Source of the DNA: a virus
Virus record (IMG/VR): IMGVR_UViG_3300008113_004623
Coordinates: 36,503 to 100,502 of that record
DNA length: 64,000 nucleotides
Reading direction: 5' to 3' (one strand)
Below are positions 40,118-49,646 of this stretch, piece after piece. Below the pieces are notes generated by a model. The model made no database searches. It was not told the DNA's origin and saw only the letters and a program-made list of their open reading frames with translations. The position numbers and the translations under genes were made by a program. Positions within the stretch are counted from its first letter, which is position 1, and each line of letters begins with the position of its first letter.

Positions 40118-40393
40118 TTACCAAATAATTGAAATGTCCATGGCACGTACTAAAATCTTATGCTCGTCTTCTACTTCTACGATCTCAGCCATAGCTAAAG
40201 TAGTAGGACTTACATATACTAAGTCGCCTACATTTAAGTCGGTTACTTCATCTCCAACAGCAAATACTGCAAGAGCGTTGTACTTCTTTAATTCATCGGC
40301 AATTAACTCCTTCTCGATTTCAGGAGATAACTCTAACCCTAAGTCTTTAATCTTAGGTTGGTCTAATAAGACTCTTGTTCCTCTAAGTTTCAT
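40118..40393 (-). CDS. groES: GroES-like co-chaperonin
   Basis: LRGTRVLL..., AVGDEV..LNVGDLVY, ..DI near the C-terminus. Confidence 0.7.
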   Translation of the reverse strand: MKLRGTRVLLDQPKIKDLGLELSPEIEKELIADELKKYNALAVFAVGDEVTDLNVGDLVYVSPTTLAMAEIVEVEDEHKILVRAMDISIIW

Positions 40394-40414
40394 AGTTATA
40401 TTGTTTTGGTTGGT

Positions 40415-40846
40415 TTATTTTGATTTTCTATTTATGCGACTTACTTCAATGTCACAATTTTTTAAAAGATTAATACCAGACTTATCTTTGTAGTCTTGTA
40501 AATAATAAACTTTTTTAATTCCGCTTTGAATAATCAACTTTGCACATTCTAGGCAGCAGGAGTGCGTCAAGTACATTGTAGCCCCTTCTGTAGATATAGG
40601 TGACTTACAAGCCTTGGTTATTGCATTAGATTCTGCATGTAGAACATAAGCATAGGTTACATCATTTTCCTCACACTTGTTAGGCGTACCAGAGGGCGTG
40701 CCATTGTATCCGAAGGAAATAATGTTTCCGTCTTTTACAATAACAGCGCCCACTTGTAAACGCTTGCAGTAAGATTCTTGAGCGACTCTTTCTGCTATGT
40801 CTAGGTATAGGTTTAGTTTCTTTTCAGCGTGAGTTAATTTGTACAT
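40415..40846 (-). CDS. dCMP deaminase
   Basis: VGAVIV..GYNG; HAESNAI; CxxC (SCCLEC); IIQSGI. Confidence 0.92.
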   Translation of the reverse strand: MYKLTHAEKKLNLYLDIAERVAQESYCKRLQVGAVIVKDGNIISFGYNGTPSGTPNKCEENDVTYAYVLHAESNAITKACKSPISTEGATMYLTHSCCLECAKLIIQSGIKKVYYLQDYKDKSGINLLKNCDIEVSRINRKSK

Positions 40847-41268
40847 AAATGGTAGCGATAAATTTCTTTTGAATAATCTAATTCAAAGTTAAAGTTAACT
40901 ATTGGTAAAACACTCAACGCAGCTGTAGAAAAATCATCAAAGTTATTCTGTTTGAATTGTTGATAATCTTGGATATAAGCTTTGCCTATTTTAAACACCA
41001 ACATCCTACGATTTTCTTCTATGTCGTAAAAATCTTGGAAGCTTTTAAAATCAGTAATTTTCCTTTCTAAAGAGTCATAATACTTATTTTTTGAATTGAA
41101 TAAGAAGAACATGCAATCTTTATACTTTCCTGACTGACCGTAATCATCTAGATAGATGTTTATTAAGCCAGCACTAACCAACGGACCTAAGCTATTGCTT
41201 GAAAAAACAAAGCCGCATAAAAGCTTAGCCGTTAGATTCAGATCTTTCACTTCTGTATTCGTACTCAT
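40834..41268 (-). CDS. Hypothetical protein
   Basis: 144-aa ORF coupled to its neighbours. Confidence 0.7.
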   Translation of the reverse strand: MSTNTEVKDLNLTAKLLCGFVFSSNSLGPLVSAGLINIYLDDYGQSGKYKDCMFFLFNSKNKYYDSLERKITDFKSFQDFYDIEENRRMLVFKIGKAYIQDYQQFKQNNFDDFSTAALSVLPIVNFNFELDYSKEIYRYHLCTN

Positions 41269-42245
41269 CAGATTTTAGGCAAAGTTATATCTCTGACACC
41301 ATTATTCAAATAGTCTTCCATACGATAATCCCATAGGTCATTTTCTGTATGCCACTTAACCCTATCTATGGCTTGTTTAAAGCCCTCGTATTCAACTGTA
41401 ATCTTCTTACCACCTACTTCTCCAAACTTTAATACTTCGTCTGGTACGCGGAAAACTAGGGGGTTTTCTGGCTTGGTTTGGTTAACTACAATAAACTTGA
41501 AGTCACCAAGTGTTTCGCATTCAAACTTGTCTAACATAGTTTTTAATCCATAACTATAGAAAGCTGCTTGAATATCATAACGTAAAGACCAGAAATTACC
41601 TATCCAAGAATTTAATCTATAACTAGTAGTCTTAATGTCTACAGGATAAAGAGTTTTGGTTTCTTTATCTATAATTACTAAATCGATTAGACCCTTGCAG
41701 TCAGTACCTTCATACGTAAAATAGATAGGAACTTGGTAACGAACTTCATAACGTTCAGTATTACGGAAATACTTTGCAGTAAACTTGTGCGTTAATAAAG
41801 TTTCTTTAGCTACTTGAATCTGCGTAAACTGTATTGGAGTGATAACGGTTTTGTTTTCTCCGTCTATTAAATCATAAAAGTACGCAGCACCTTCAGTCTC
41901 AAATCTTTGTTTTACTTTTTCAAAAGTGTCGCGTTTGAATCCCGCTTCTTGATAAGCAATTTCTTCTGCATCTGGATTACTTCTGTGTACAAATAAACTC
42001 CATACATAATCACCCATTTGTCCTGTAGGTCTTTCTACAGTACCGATGTGGAATTGTTCAAAGAATACGTCTTCATTTTGTGTTAGGAGAATATCTACAC
42101 CATCTCCTATAATCATGTTAACTTTAGGTTCGTCAAACTCGCTGTCTGAACTATCTTCTAGATAGTTAGAAGGGTCAATTAAAATCTTCTTCAGCTTACT
42201 TTGGCTGAGAGCGTTACTTTGTAAATATTTTTCGTCGGTAATCAT
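41268..42245 (-). CDS. PD-(D/E)xK exonuclease (RecE/ExoVIII-like)
   Basis: LSQSKLK; CKGLID..VDIKT; YDIQAAFY. Confidence 0.85.
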   Translation of the reverse strand: MITDEKYLQSNALSQSKLKKILIDPSNYLEDSSDSEFDEPKVNMIIGDGVDILLTQNEDVFFEQFHIGTVERPTGQMGDYVWSLFVHRSNPDAEEIAYQEAGFKRDTFEKVKQRFETEGAAYFYDLIDGENKTVITPIQFTQIQVAKETLLTHKFTAKYFRNTERYEVRYQVPIYFTYEGTDCKGLIDLVIIDKETKTLYPVDIKTTSYRLNSWIGNFWSLRYDIQAAFYSYGLKTMLDKFECETLGDFKFIVVNQTKPENPLVFRVPDEVLKFGEVGGKKITVEYEGFKQAIDRVKWHTENDLWDYRMEDYLNNGVRDITLPKI

Positions 42246-42426
42246 TCTTAATTGTAATTAAAATTGTGAAATACAACCATCCAATATGTAAATTGATAGA
42301 TTGGTTAACTGTTCTAGACCATGCTATTAAAGGTACAAAATAAAAATACACATATGGTGTATTTCTTTGTCCTGTTTTTTTTCTAAAGAAATTATAAAAC
42401 TTTATTTTCACCTTTTCTGTCATCAT
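42214..42426 (-). CDS. Small hydrophobic protein
   Basis: 70-aa ORF overlapping both neighbours. Confidence 0.5.
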   Translation of the reverse strand: MMTEKVKIKFYNFFRKKTGQRNTPYVYFYFVPLIAWSRTVNQSINLHIGWLYFTILITIKNDYRRKIFTK

Positions 42427-42871
42427 AATGGGGTTTTTCTCTTAGAATATACTCAAGAAACATTGTATTACACATTACGTGGCTGATGTGGCGACATCCT
42501 GATTCAGGATCTACATCTTCACCTCGTAAGAAAGCAAACAAATGGCGCATTAAAGACTCACTTACTTGAGTTACGGGCATACCTTTCTTCCAGTTGTCTT
42601 TGGCGTATTTTCTAGCACCATACTCTAGAACGTGTACTAGTCCTTCAAGCGAATCAAAATCTACTAACGACCACTGAGGCTTGCCGTTGTTGTAGCGTAG
42701 AGCTTGTTCCATTTGATTAGTAATTTTCATAGAATCTTTAATACCGTCAATCTGTTCTTGTGTCAAATGGCCCTCTATTTTGAAGGCTTCTTGTTTGTCT
42801 CTTTCTTTTAGTGCCTTCTCGAAGTCATCAACTACTTGGGCAATTTCTTTTTTAATCTCGTTGTTTTCCAT
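42392..42871 (-). CDS. dATP/dGTP diphosphohydrolase-domain protein (DUF5664-like)
   Basis: GKPQWSLV..VLEYGARKYAKDNWKKG..SLMRHL..DPESG..H. Confidence 0.85.
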   Translation of the reverse strand: MENNEIKKEIAQVVDDFEKALKERDKQEAFKIEGHLTQEQIDGIKDSMKITNQMEQALRYNNGKPQWSLVDFDSLEGLVHVLEYGARKYAKDNWKKGMPVTQVSESLMRHLFAFLRGEDVDPESGCRHISHVMCNTMFLEYILREKPHYDDRKGENKVL

Positions 42872-43322
42872 ATTCAATTTCTTTGTTTGGTTCTGGTATT
42901 TCTACTCCCAGCATATCTCTAGCAAAGTCCATTACATCTTGTATAAACCGATTGATTTCGGACTTCTTAGCTTTAGATAAAGACATAGGCACTTTTTTAA
43001 ACTCTCCTTCAAATAAAATTTCTTCATAAAGAAAAAGACTTTTTAGGATAGTCATTACATCGTCTTTGGTCATTGTAGTTCCTTCTAGTTCTTCTAGTTG
43101 TTCTTTAACAATAGGAAGTACAACGCCAAAAAAGTATGCTAATTGTGGGATTGTTTTCTTTGCATCAATCCGCGTAAAACAAATCTCAACATCAATTTCA
43201 GGATCACCCATCATCAATTCTAAGTAGTAGGCTTGTAACAATTCCCTATCAACTTTAAGATGAATAGTGCCGTCAATGTTTTTGCTAAGTTTTCCTGGCA
43301 AATAAATTCTATTTATTGACAT
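42852..43322 (-). CDS. NinB-like recombination protein
   Basis: KTIPQLAYFFGVV...SLSK..EINRFI...LGVEIPEP. Confidence 0.6.
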   Translation of the reverse strand: MSINRIYLPGKLSKNIDGTIHLKVDRELLQAYYLELMMGDPEIDVEICFTRIDAKKTIPQLAYFFGVVLPIVKEQLEELEGTTMTKDDVMTILKSLFLYEEILFEGEFKKVPMSLSKAKKSEINRFIQDVMDFARDMLGVEIPEPNKEIEYGKQRD

Positions 43323-43611
43323 CTTTATCCGTGTTTAATTTTTCTACTTTTTCTACTCTTTCTAATTGTTCCAATAGTTTAAAGGCTAGCTCTTCTTCTT
43401 CATTAATGAGTTTGTCTTCTCGCAATCTGCGCTTAAAGGCATCGTCAATTTTTTTAATAAAATAAGAATTAGCTGCTTTAGCATCGTTGGCTGCTTTTTT
43501 AAGTTCTGGATTAAGAAACTCTCTAATCCACTGATATTGGATATTCAGGGCCCGTGCTAACACATAGGCCCTTCTTATATCCTTTAGTTTTTGTTCTTCA
43601 CTTAAACTCAT
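43309..43611 (-). CDS. Hypothetical protein
   Basis: Coupled 100-aa ORF. Confidence 0.7.
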   Translation of the reverse strand: MSLSEEQKLKDIRRAYVLARALNIQYQWIREFLNPELKKAANDAKAANSYFIKKIDDAFKRRLREDKLINEEEELAFKLLEQLERVEKVEKLNTDKDVNK

Positions 43612-44267
43612 TAGGGGGTTGGAACGTTTTTAAACTCCTTAAATGCTTCTTCAAGTGTTTGTATTTCACTAGGTGTTAGTTCCCAATCTACTTCCTTGAA
43701 GTCAGCAAATATAGCATCTAAACTATCATAAACTCCGTCACTTATCCACACTATAATATCCTCCCAAAAAACTTCAGGATTATTTTTTGCTAAGTGCGCT
43801 CTATAAGTTGCAGGTATGTGTTGCATCATTCCAGCTTCGTTCATTTCAAAGTCTCCTGCAAAGTTCATCCCTGGCTCTGAGTAGAAACCCGAAGCGTTAA
43901 GTTTATAAAACTTACAGATTTTTACAAAGAAAGGCAGCATAGGGCTCCAAGCACTATCTCCCCACATCTGTAAAGTGTCTTCATCAAAACTCCAGTAAGG
44001 TTCGAACCACTTACTTCCGTACTTCTCATACACATCTTCACTAGAGTCCGCCCAATTATCTGCTTTTTTAAATAGGATAAAGTGGTAATTTGCACCATTT
44101 AACCATAGAGAATTTTCGTCTGAAACTGTAGTCGGTATTGGAAGTCCTTGGTCCGTGTATGCTTCTTTGAGGCGATTTTCTTGTGCTTTTTGTAAACGTT
44201 TTTCGAGTTTTTTTAGTTGCTCCACATCACCTGTGAAAGTGATGGAGTTGTAACAATAATTTGCCAT
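43611..44267 (-). CDS. Api92/YubB ferredoxin-like domain protein (DUF1281-like)
   Basis: MANYCYN..; YGSKW; SAWSP; EPGMNFAG. Confidence 0.7.
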   Translation of the reverse strand: MANYCYNSITFTGDVEQLKKLEKRLQKAQENRLKEAYTDQGLPIPTTVSDENSLWLNGANYHFILFKKADNWADSSEDVYEKYGSKWFEPYWSFDEDTLQMWGDSAWSPMLPFFVKICKFYKLNASGFYSEPGMNFAGDFEMNEAGMMQHIPATYRAHLAKNNPEVFWEDIIVWISDGVYDSLDAIFADFKEVDWELTPSEIQTLEEAFKEFKNVPTP

Positions 44268-44659
44268 TAAATAATTCTTTTGTTAGTTGGTTTAATTTGT
44301 GGAGGTTTAGGAGGCTTAGGTGGTTTAGGTCGCTTAAATTCTTCTGCGTTCCTGGTTTCCTGCCTAACTGCTTCTCTCCGTTCTTGTCTTTCTTCCCATA
44401 CCTTACCTCGTAAGTCGGGATTGTGTTCCTGTAACTTTCTACGAGTTCTAGTAATAAGGTCAGAAGAAACCAGTTCATTTCGACCTAGTGCTTTTAAAAA
44501 TTCTTCAGCAGTTTTACCTTTTACAAGGTCTGCTTGAAAGTAATAATAATAATTAGCGACTAGTTTGCTGTCTTCATCCCTGGTTTCTGGTCTTTCCCTT
44601 AATAGTTTTTCTACGTTGTCAGTTACACTTCCGTTAAAATAATCAGAACTGTTACTCAC
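44267..44659 (-). CDS. Hypothetical protein with PPK-repeat tail
   Basis: GTG start; ITRTRRKLQE..PDLRG; KPPKPPKPP. Confidence 0.7.
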   Translation of the reverse strand: MSNSSDYFNGSVTDNVEKLLRERPETRDEDSKLVANYYYYFQADLVKGKTAEEFLKALGRNELVSSDLITRTRRKLQEHNPDLRGKVWEERQERREAVRQETRNAEEFKRPKPPKPPKPPQIKPTNKRII

Positions 44660-44662
44660 AAA

Positions 44663-45214
44663 TTATTCTGCTGCGTATCCAAAGAAATAATAAGCACCTG
44701 GTTTTTGGTTCTTATCGTGTTTAAACTTAATTCTAGCTACAACAGGACTACAAGACACCAATACACGCTCCATAATAACAGTTGTGTTCTCTTGAGTCTT
44801 TTCTGTGTAGGCACGAGCCAACTTAACAGCTTCTGTTTTGTTGTCACTGCTAGCGATTTTCTTTCCTCTAGGGTCAAGTACAAAGTACATAAGTTCCCAT
44901 TTCTTAGTTCCAGGAACTACGACTTGCTCTACCTGAGATTTTACTTTTAGTTTGTTTTGGATAGGATCTACAATGCAAACGCCAAATGCAGGACCCCATT
45001 TACTCGCGTCTTCTATTTTCTCGTCAATAAACTCGTCAATAGTTAACCCGCTTTTACGGAACTCAGAAGTTATATCTCTAAATCCTTGAGTAGTACTGAT
45101 AGTACCATTGTAGCTGTCGTGGCCATGTTCTTGTGTTGCATCTTCTACAAGTTGGTTGTAAGCCTCTCTCATAGAGTAGGCTCTTGTCTTATTGATAAAT
45201 TGTGTTGCTCCCAT
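44663..45214 (-). CDS. Conserved phage hypothetical protein
   Basis: MGATQF..HGHDSYNGTIST..YFFGYAAE. Confidence 0.75.
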   Translation of the reverse strand: MGATQFINKTRAYSMREAYNQLVEDATQEHGHDSYNGTISTTQGFRDITSEFRKSGLTIDEFIDEKIEDASKWGPAFGVCIVDPIQNKLKVKSQVEQVVVPGTKKWELMYFVLDPRGKKIASSDNKTEAVKLARAYTEKTQENTTVIMERVLVSCSPVVARIKFKHDKNQKPGAYYFFGYAAE

Positions 45215-45224
45215 TTTGTTGTTT

Positions 45225-45743
45225 TTAGTTGTTAAAAATTTTTAATACGTTTTGTGCAAAAAGAATTAATTCTTCTTTAGTTGCATTATTTTTCATGCTA
45301 TTTGCTTTTTTGGACATAACCCAAATATTTCCAGGAACATACCCTTTTGTTGGATCTATTCTATCGACAGAGTGAGTATACTCATAGTTATCTTTTGTTC
45401 CTGGAACTAGTTTACATCCTAATAAAGGACACACGTCTACGTAAGGAATATCTTCTATAGTTAAGTTAAATTCAATTCCTCTAGTTTTTGCCCTTCCTCG
45501 AATTTGGCAGATTAATTTTTTTCTGTAGTCTTGTTGTCTTCTTAGCTCTCGTTTTCTTGTTCGCAGTTCTTCTCCTTTAATACTGCGCAAATGTTGCATA
45601 TACTTAGCTGCTTTATCTCTATTAGCTTCTCTGTATATTAAGTGACAATTTTTGCAGTTATAAGTATATCCGTCTTTAGTTGTTTTAGTTTCATAAAATT
45701 CAGAAAGGTCTTTCTCAATTTTACATTTAGTACATACTTTCAT
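45225..45743 (-). CDS. Free-standing HNH-type homing endonuclease with N-terminal Zn ribbon
   Basis: CTKC..CKNC; CPLLG..SVDRIDPTKGYVPGNIWVMS..AN. Confidence 0.85.
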   Translation of the reverse strand: MKVCTKCKIEKDLSEFYETKTTKDGYTYNCKNCHLIYREANRDKAAKYMQHLRSIKGEELRTRKRELRRQQDYRKKLICQIRGRAKTRGIEFNLTIEDIPYVDVCPLLGCKLVPGTKDNYEYTHSVDRIDPTKGYVPGNIWVMSKKANSMKNNATKEELILFAQNVLKIFNN

Positions 45744-45747
45744 AAGT

Positions 45748-45755
45748 CAAATATA
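45748..45755 (-). promoter_or_regulatory. -7 element 4 nt before the HNH ATG (probably leaderless)
   Basis: Minus strand reads TATATTTG-ACTT-ATG. Confidence 0.6.
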
Positions 45756-45792
45756 CATAAATTTAAACTATCCAACAATAGCTTAGGATAAT

Positions 45793-47793
45793 TTATTTTT
45801 TCCAATACGAACTAATAGAGGGATCTGCTTTTAATTTTACTCTTTTACAAAAAATTTCTCCTGCCTTTTCCATACTTGTTTGTAAAGCTTTGGCTACTTC
45901 ATCTGCAATACTACTGGGACACTCTACTAAGTATTCGTCATGTACAGCGTTGATTAATTTTACAGTAAAAAGTAAATTTTCAGAAACTAAATAGTTTTCA
46001 AAAAAATAAACTCCAGCAAGTTTTGTGATTTCTGCACTTTCTCCTTGTATCGGGAAATTAAGGGACATACGTTCAATCTCACCTTTCTTTGTGTAGTATC
46101 GAGAGATTTGATCTTTCATCTTCGAGTACGTCACGGTGCGCTGAGCTTTATGTTTCTTGTAGTCATCCCAAAATCCTGGCGTTTCAATTGCTTTCTTGGC
46201 TTCTAGGAAGTCTTCGTAATAATCTACATAAGATTTCTTTCCTGTTACCTTAGAGATAAGTACGAATCCATTCTGTACGCCAAACTTTTTGACTTCCTCG
46301 AAATATGTTTTAAGTCCAGGAAAAGCCTGAAAGTACGCTTCATAAATTTTGTTACCCTCTTCTAAACTAATACCTAAGTTTTCTGCGATGGTAATACCTT
46401 GACCACCGTAATTAATAGCAAAACCCGCAGACTTTGCAGCTTGACGTTTGTCCTTGTGCTTAGATTTAATTTCATCTAATGTTAAACCTTCTAATTCAGG
46501 ATACATCTTGCTGGCCACGAAGCTGTGCATATCACCTAATCCCTGGTCGTAAAACTGTAGTAAGTTAGGATCAAGACATTTGTTTACTAGAACAATCTGT
46601 TCCTGACCTGAATAGTCACACCCGATAATGACATTACCTTCTTCGGCTACGAAGCAACTTCTTGTTTCTTCATCGCTAGGAATGTTCTGGAGATTAGGAT
46701 AAGCCGTTCCTGTGGCTTTATCTTTTCCTCCGCTAGACAACCTACCAGTGTTCATTAACTGTTTGTACTGAGTGTGAATCCTACCGCTTACGGGGTTGAT
46801 TAGTTTAATAAAGTTCTCGCCATAAGTACCCAAGTCTTTTTGTGCTTGCTTATAGCGTAGATAAGTTTCTATAATTGGAAACTTCTTAACGAACTTGGAT
46901 AAGTGTCCTGCTTCTATTGTTTCTTTAGTTTCTCCTTTTTCTGTTACGGAGGTATCTACACCTAAAGCTTTATAGAACTGGACTACTTGCGTTGAAGAGT
47001 TCCAATTGATTGTGGTTTTTAAACTTGAAGAAAACAAGTCTGCCTGATAATTAATGAACTTACTCATCTTATTATCTATTACAAACTGATTTAGCGCATC
47101 TTCTGTTTCTTCTAGCTCTTTTCTAACTCGAGCCATCTTACTACGCCACTTACCTTCATCTAGTTTAATACCGCAGTACTCGATATAAGCAAGTGCTTTT
47201 ACGAATCTGTTATCTAATTCAATCGAGTTTAGTGATCCTTGTTTTTCTAGTATGCCAAGCTGAATGTCTTTAATTTGATGTAAGTAAGTTACATCCAGCG
47301 CAGAGTAGAGTACGAAAGGAACCGTGAACCTGCCGTTGATATTCGCCCGTTCAGACTTATCTAAAATAACTCCTAGATGTCTATACACGGTATCTGCTAG
47401 ACTAGAACGATGCGAGTTTATACCCAAACGGGTTGTTTTCTCAGCTAAGAACGTATCATATACCTTAGAGGGTATGATTCTTTCGTGATATAAGAAACGT
47501 AAGTCGAACTTCAAGTTATGACCAATAATAGGCTTGGTCTCTAGTAGTTCTTTAAAGTACTGGATATCTACGCTGGTAACGTCAATTACAAATTGATGTT
47601 TAGCGTCGCCTAACTGAATAGTAATTATGTCCGAAGTATAAGGATCTAATCCTAAAGTCTCGGAGTCATAACCTATCCAATCTAATTTATCCAGATATTC
47701 AAGTGCGTGATTAACTCCACAACAGATAATCTCAGGGTGCTTACCTTGAATGGCAGCTATGTTTTCTTTACTTGTTGAAACAAATCCTATCAT
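45793..47793 (-). CDS. polA: DNA polymerase family A with 3'-5' exonuclease
   Basis: DSET, GHNLKFD and YSALDV exo motifs; TGRLSS; DYSGQE, RQAAKSAGFAINYG, VHDE. Confidence 0.97.
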   Translation of the reverse strand: MIGFVSTSKENIAAIQGKHPEIICCGVNHALEYLDKLDWIGYDSETLGLDPYTSDIITIQLGDAKHQFVIDVTSVDIQYFKELLETKPIIGHNLKFDLRFLYHERIIPSKVYDTFLAEKTTRLGINSHRSSLADTVYRHLGVILDKSERANINGRFTVPFVLYSALDVTYLHQIKDIQLGILEKQGSLNSIELDNRFVKALAYIEYCGIKLDEGKWRSKMARVRKELEETEDALNQFVIDNKMSKFINYQADLFSSSLKTTINWNSSTQVVQFYKALGVDTSVTEKGETKETIEAGHLSKFVKKFPIIETYLRYKQAQKDLGTYGENFIKLINPVSGRIHTQYKQLMNTGRLSSGGKDKATGTAYPNLQNIPSDEETRSCFVAEEGNVIIGCDYSGQEQIVLVNKCLDPNLLQFYDQGLGDMHSFVASKMYPELEGLTLDEIKSKHKDKRQAAKSAGFAINYGGQGITIAENLGISLEEGNKIYEAYFQAFPGLKTYFEEVKKFGVQNGFVLISKVTGKKSYVDYYEDFLEAKKAIETPGFWDDYKKHKAQRTVTYSKMKDQISRYYTKKGEIERMSLNFPIQGESAEITKLAGVYFFENYLVSENLLFTVKLINAVHDEYLVECPSSIADEVAKALQTSMEKAGEIFCKRVKLKADPSISSYWKK

Positions 47794-47797
47794 CTTG

Positions 47798-48442
47798 TTA
47801 CTTTATAATTTTATCTACTATCACAGAATACTCATTGTAACAGATGGTTAGTATCACCTGCTTCTCACTTAAATTATAATTACCTGATTCGATTCTTTCC
47901 AAAGCATCCTTAAAGATATCATAGATTTGCCTACGATCGTTGTTGTTTAGTTTAAGGCTAGTAGTAGAAATCTCTAAAAGAGTTTCAGTCATGTCGTTAC
48001 CCCATATCTTGTTGATGGACTTACCTAAGTTCCATACGTGGTGTGGAGTGTACATGTTGCAGGTAGGACAACCAGGAAGCATATTGCGTAAATCATATCG
48101 TGTCATTGACTTTGTGCGACTAACGAAGTGACAGCATTGTAATTGCTTTCTAGGCATCTGAACCCCACAGGCATGGCATTTTTCTTCAAAGGCAGCTCTG
48201 ATTAACCAAGAAGTCATTTGGTCTAACTTAGCTTGTGTAATAGTGTCTGCTTTCTTTTTACGGACTGCTTCTCTTTTTAGTTTGGCTTTCTCTTTTGCTT
48301 GTTTCTGAACGCACACACTACATAATTTCTTAGTCTTGTTTGCGTATGGCCGTTTCCGACCACAGTCATTACAGATTGTTTCAATGACTTTCTTTTCAGG
48401 CTCTCCTTTAATGGGAACCTTTTTGGGGTTGCGTTTGAACAT
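47798..48442 (-). CDS. NinG/Rap-like Zn-dependent endonuclease
   Basis: CHAC..HFVSR..RYDLRN..GCPTCN; ATG at 48442. Confidence 0.75.
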   Translation of the reverse strand: MFKRNPKKVPIKGEPEKKVIETICNDCGRKRPYANKTKKLCSVCVQKQAKEKAKLKREAVRKKKADTITQAKLDQMTSWLIRAAFEEKCHACGVQMPRKQLQCCHFVSRTKSMTRYDLRNMLPGCPTCNMYTPHHVWNLGKSINKIWGNDMTETLLEISTTSLKLNNNDRRQIYDIFKDALERIESGNYNLSEKQVILTICYNEYSVIVDKIIK

Positions 48443-48445
48443 AAG

Positions 48446-48453
48446 CAAATATA
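48446..48453 (-). promoter_or_regulatory. -7 element 3 nt before the NinG ATG (probably leaderless)
   Basis: Minus strand reads TATATTTG-CTT-ATG. Confidence 0.6.
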
Positions 48454-48465
48454 AATAATTAACTT

Positions 48466-48500
48466 AAAAAGTGAAAGCCCAGAATTAACTGAGCTTCCAC
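48466..48500 (-). terminator. Rho-independent terminator
   Basis: Minus strand GTGGAAGCTCAG-TTAATT-CTGGGCTTTCAC-TTTTT (12 bp with two G.U pairs). Confidence 0.85.
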
Positions 48501-48516
48501 ATTTTATAAATTAACT

Positions 48517-49389
48517 TTAAATGTTAACCTCTTCTACACCTACAAGATGGTAGGTCTTAGGAGGAGCCAAGAAAGTCTCTTCGATAATATCAAATGCTTT
48601 CTGGTTTGTTCTAAAGCCTACACCACTCATCAAAGCATTACGCTTAGCTTCAACATCTTTGTAAGAAATCATATGATTAGTGTAACGAGTGATTGCGTTA
48701 AATACAGCGTATGCTGTTTCTCCGTGGTTACTGTACTCAGGTACTAAGGCTGACTTAACCATAGCCAAGCGATTCTTTGTACGAGAAGTCTCGTCATCAC
48801 CGCCTATGATAGAAATCAAGAAGTCATCTGTAATAGCATCTTTAGAGATAGTAGTGTTACTCATCTCAATCATACGCTCAATCATACGCTCTTCCTGGTC
48901 TAGAGAACTCTTCATCTTTTGCATAATCTCTTGCAAACGAATGTTAGAATTAGCGGTGTGCTTGATTCTAGTCATATCTCGCATAGCTGCAAAATAAGTA
49001 TTAGCGCAAACTACTACTACATTAGTAGCACCGAAACCGATAGGCGCACTACCATCGTGACTGTTTAACGCTGTTAAGAAACGCTTAGAGTCTGAGCCAC
49101 CGATTTTTACATCAGGTAGACTAATTTGGAAATATACTTTGTGGCCGTGACCTAGCATACCTGCACGCTCAATCTTTACGTTGTTACGTCCAGCTGCTTC
49201 CATAAGAATTTCAGCCATGTGAGCGTTCTGTGTAGGAGTATACTTACTACCTACTACACCTAGACACTCTTTAGTGTCATCTCTGAAGATACCATAACCT
49301 GGTGTGATTTGTCCTTCTGGACCTAATAAAGGATGTTTAGTTACTGTCCAATCTGCTTTTGCTTGGGTTAAAATTTGTTGTACTGACAT
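48517..49389 (-). CDS. DUF932/DUF945 family protein
   Basis: LGVVGSKYTPTQN; NSHDGS; VVCANT; KHT; NAITRY. Confidence 0.85.
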   Translation of the reverse strand: MSVQQILTQAKADWTVTKHPLLGPEGQITPGYGIFRDDTKECLGVVGSKYTPTQNAHMAEILMEAAGRNNVKIERAGMLGHGHKVYFQISLPDVKIGGSDSKRFLTALNSHDGSAPIGFGATNVVVVCANTYFAAMRDMTRIKHTANSNIRLQEIMQKMKSSLDQEERMIERMIEMSNTTISKDAITDDFLISIIGGDDETSRTKNRLAMVKSALVPEYSNHGETAYAVFNAITRYTNHMISYKDVEAKRNALMSGVGFRTNQKAFDIIEETFLAPPKTYHLVGVEEVNI

Positions 49390-49391
49390 AA

Positions 49392-49646
49392 TTAGTTGGT
49401 TTTATTTGTTGATTCTGTGATTTTACTGATTACGGTATTTCTACCTTGTGACTTTACAAAGTCTAATAAAGATTTTAATTCTTTTAACTGCCCTTGTGTA
49501 GTGCAGTAGTCATATTCAGTGCCGTTGGAAGGATTTAGCTCATCTATTCTATCGTTGATGTGCTTTAGTAAGTTAGCTCTGAAATGATAGTAGGTCATCA
49601 ATTCTTCTTTGATGATGTTATCGTTGTTATCTAGGAACTCAGCCAT
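49392..49646 (-). CDS. Hypothetical protein
   Basis: 84-aa coupled ORF. Confidence 0.7.
   Translation of the reverse strand: MAEFLDNNDNIIKEELMTYYHFRANLLKHINDRIDELNPSNGTEYDYCTTQGQLKELKSLLDFVKSQGRNTVISKITESTNKTN

Noticed and set aside
43742-43750. Perfect DnaA box TTATCCACA
   Set aside because: Single copy inside a CDS; compatible with chance in AT-rich DNA.
45793-47793. Intron or intein in polA or the RNAP
   Set aside because: Both ORFs are continuous; no intein N-terminal C/S..HN motifs were seen, and the RNAP has no internal Cys.
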